From: Phaeosaccion multiseriatum
Lineage: Eukaryota; Protista; Ochrophyta, other classes
DNA: 64,000 nt
NCBI GenBank assembly: GCA_965112735.1
Contig: OZ218951.1
Span: forward strand, 4,154,001 to 4,218,000
Reading direction: 5' to 3'
The notes under the pieces are model-generated. The model saw only the letters and a list, made by a program, of their open reading frames with translations, had not been told where the DNA came from and did not search any database. Of the stretch, positions 62,109-64,000 are shown piece after piece (positions within the stretch are counted from its first letter, which is position 1; each line of letters opens with the position of its first letter). The translations under genes were made by a program, and so were the position numbers.

Positions 62109-63929
62109 ATGACGACGTACTGCTCCACCCGCGGAGCACATCATGGCTGTAAGTTCGAGGACGTGGTCTTGGCGGGGCTCGCCACGGACAAGGGACTGTA
62201 CGTGCCAGAGTCCGTGGCCAAGGTGTCCGCGGAGGAGATTGAGAGTGTAAGTGGAGGGCAAAGCGCAAGGTGGGGAGAGGTGGGCGGGGAGGAGGTAGTG
62301 GCGTGCGGACCACAGTGCGAGAGCTGAGATGTGGATGTGGATGTGGTGTGGTGTGGTGTGGGCCTCGACGGAGTTGCTGACGTGTGCTTTCCTCAGAGGG
62401 CCAGCAGCGCAGTGTCTTGCCCATCTGGCTGTCTTCCCTCTCTAGCGGTGCATCTTTGGAAAGCTGTGCTTCTTTCTTTTCATTTCGGCGCTCAGTCTTC
62501 GAGAACAATGGAGTGTCTACAGAGCTGCGTGTGCACTTGAGCTTCGGCTTACGCAGCTGTAAGGGCAGCAGAGGAGGGACTCCGGTTCAGCCCAATGCGT
62601 TCATCCTTACGATCGTACCCCCCCTCCCTCTCTCGCGCTCTTTCCTGCTGTCCTTCTGCATATGACAAACAGTGGCGGTCTCTCATCTTCCCTGAGCTAG
62701 CCCACAAGATTATGTCTCGCTTCATCTCTCCAGACGAGATAGCCCCTGACCATCTTATGGACCTCCTCAGTAGATCCGCCAAGAACTTTAGACATCCCGG
62801 TAAGAGAGTAAGAGTCACCCACACTACTGCTGGTAGAGCAGAAGTATTTGGAGGGGGTGGGAAAGGCCTTGGCTCTCGCATTATCTATCTTGCCTCTCAC
62901 CCTACGCCCCAACGTTGCCGCCTTGGTCTGGAACGAACAAACATCCCTCCCGCCCAATCACCCACTGTTTGTCTTTTCTCTCTTCAGATGTGACCCCCGT
63001 GGTAAAGGTCGGTGACACGTGGGTGATGGAGCTCTTCCACGGGCCGACCTTCGCTTTCAAGGTGAGCCAAGAACGGAAGGCACCGGAAGGCACTTGAAGG
63101 CACTGGCCGTATATGAGAGAGGGCTGTGTGTGTGTGTGTGGGGGGGGGGGAGGACGGAACCGCCCGGCTACGAATTCAAAGCGGCAGTCAAGGCAGTTGC
63201 ATCGCAAAGTGACAGCACGTGCTAGGCCCGGCCCAGAGGGGTAACACTGGTGTGCATTGTGCGCGTTGAAGTGTCCTCTGATGGGGAGGGGGTGTGGGAA
63301 ATGAGATAGTGACCCTTGTCAACCACTCCCGGCCACACAAAAATGAACCCTAGTAATATATAGTTTTAGGGAGGGGATTTATCCCTCCTTTTATCCTCTG
63401 CTGGGTGGGGTCCTGAGGAGCGCTGTGACTTTCGATCATTCTCTACATATCTATCTCTTACATGTCTCTTCCCATCTGTCTCTACCTATCCGTCGCAACC
63501 TCTCCCTCCCTCCCCTGTCCCTCAGGACGTGGCCCTGCAGTTTCTGGGTAATCTGTTTGAGTACTTCCTTCTGCGCAAGAGAGCTGCTGGCGAGGAGGCA
63601 AAGCTCACAATCCTGGGAGCGACCTCCGGGGACACAGGCAAGCATCCAGTCAGTCAGTCAGTCAGTCAGTCAGTCAGTCAGTTAATCAGTGTGTGGCCCA
63701 CCTGCCCATACACCTCTACCCTGCTCTTACACCTCTACCCATACGCCACTGCCCTGTGAAACACACAGGTTCGGCTGCCATCTACGGGCTGCGCGGCAAG
63801 GCGCACATCGACTGTTTCATCATGTTCCCCACGGGAAGGGTGAGCGAGATCCAGGAGAGACAAATGACCACAGTGAAGGATGCCAACATTCACTGCCTCT
63901 CGCTCAACGGGACCTTCGACGACTGCCAG
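62109..63929 (+). CDS. THR4: Threonine synthase (5' part; continues beyond the window)
   Basis: Exons 62109-62246, 62673-62799, 62988-63061, 63526-63637, 63769-63929. Motifs YCSTRG, GLATDKGLYVP, ELFHGPTFAFK|DVALQ (PLP lysine), GATSGDTGSAA, FPTGRVSEIQERQMTT, GTFDDCQ. Confidence 0.95.
63638..63768 (+). other. GC-AG intron
   Basis: ACAG|gcaagc ... acacacag|GTTCG. Removing it restores the invariant SGDTGSAA motif; no GT donor gives this join. Confidence 0.9.
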
Positions 63930-64000
63930 GTGGGGAGGGGGAGGTAGGAAGGGGGAGGGGGGACGAGGGAGGGGAGGACGTGAGGGAGGGAGGGAGGGAG

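Noticed and set aside
1-64000. Selenoprotein, stop-codon reassignment or viral insertion
   Set aside because: No conserved domain here contains an in-frame stop, TAA/TAG/TGA all end genes, and I saw no viral hallmark genes or compositional island.

Overview
Eukaryotic, GC-rich, microsatellite-dense nuclear DNA. Two genes carry bipartite signal+transit peptides, so the source is probably a photosynthetic stramenopile (inference). I assembled 14 protein-coding genes by hand from splice sites and reading frames; 13 are spliced, with about 55 complete introns. In order: a >1900-aa low-complexity orphan running off the left edge (mostly absent from the ORF track), RLP24, a 16-exon TRIP12/UPL3-type HECT ligase, PP4 catalytic subunit, a NAPE-PLD-like MBL hydrolase, a plastid zinc-ribbon protein, TIM44, plastid NFU, SDS3-like, membrin/GOSR2, an INCENP-like protein with a SAP domain, a cytochrome b5 protein ending in CaaX, a PNUTS-like PP1 regulator, and the 5' part of threonine synthase. 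Five pairs are head-to-head. The main unexplained signal is a dispersed 11-16 bp motif (GTATCACCAAC): coding copies read one way (always V-G-D-T) and intronic copies read the other way. Also notable are purine-5'/pyrimidine-3' intron architecture, a MITE/foldback-like element between the PNUTS-like and cytochrome b5 genes, a poly-G frameshift in the HECT gene, and one GC-AG intron. I found no rRNA, tRNA or CRISPR. All gene models and homologies come from reading and motif recall, not database searches.
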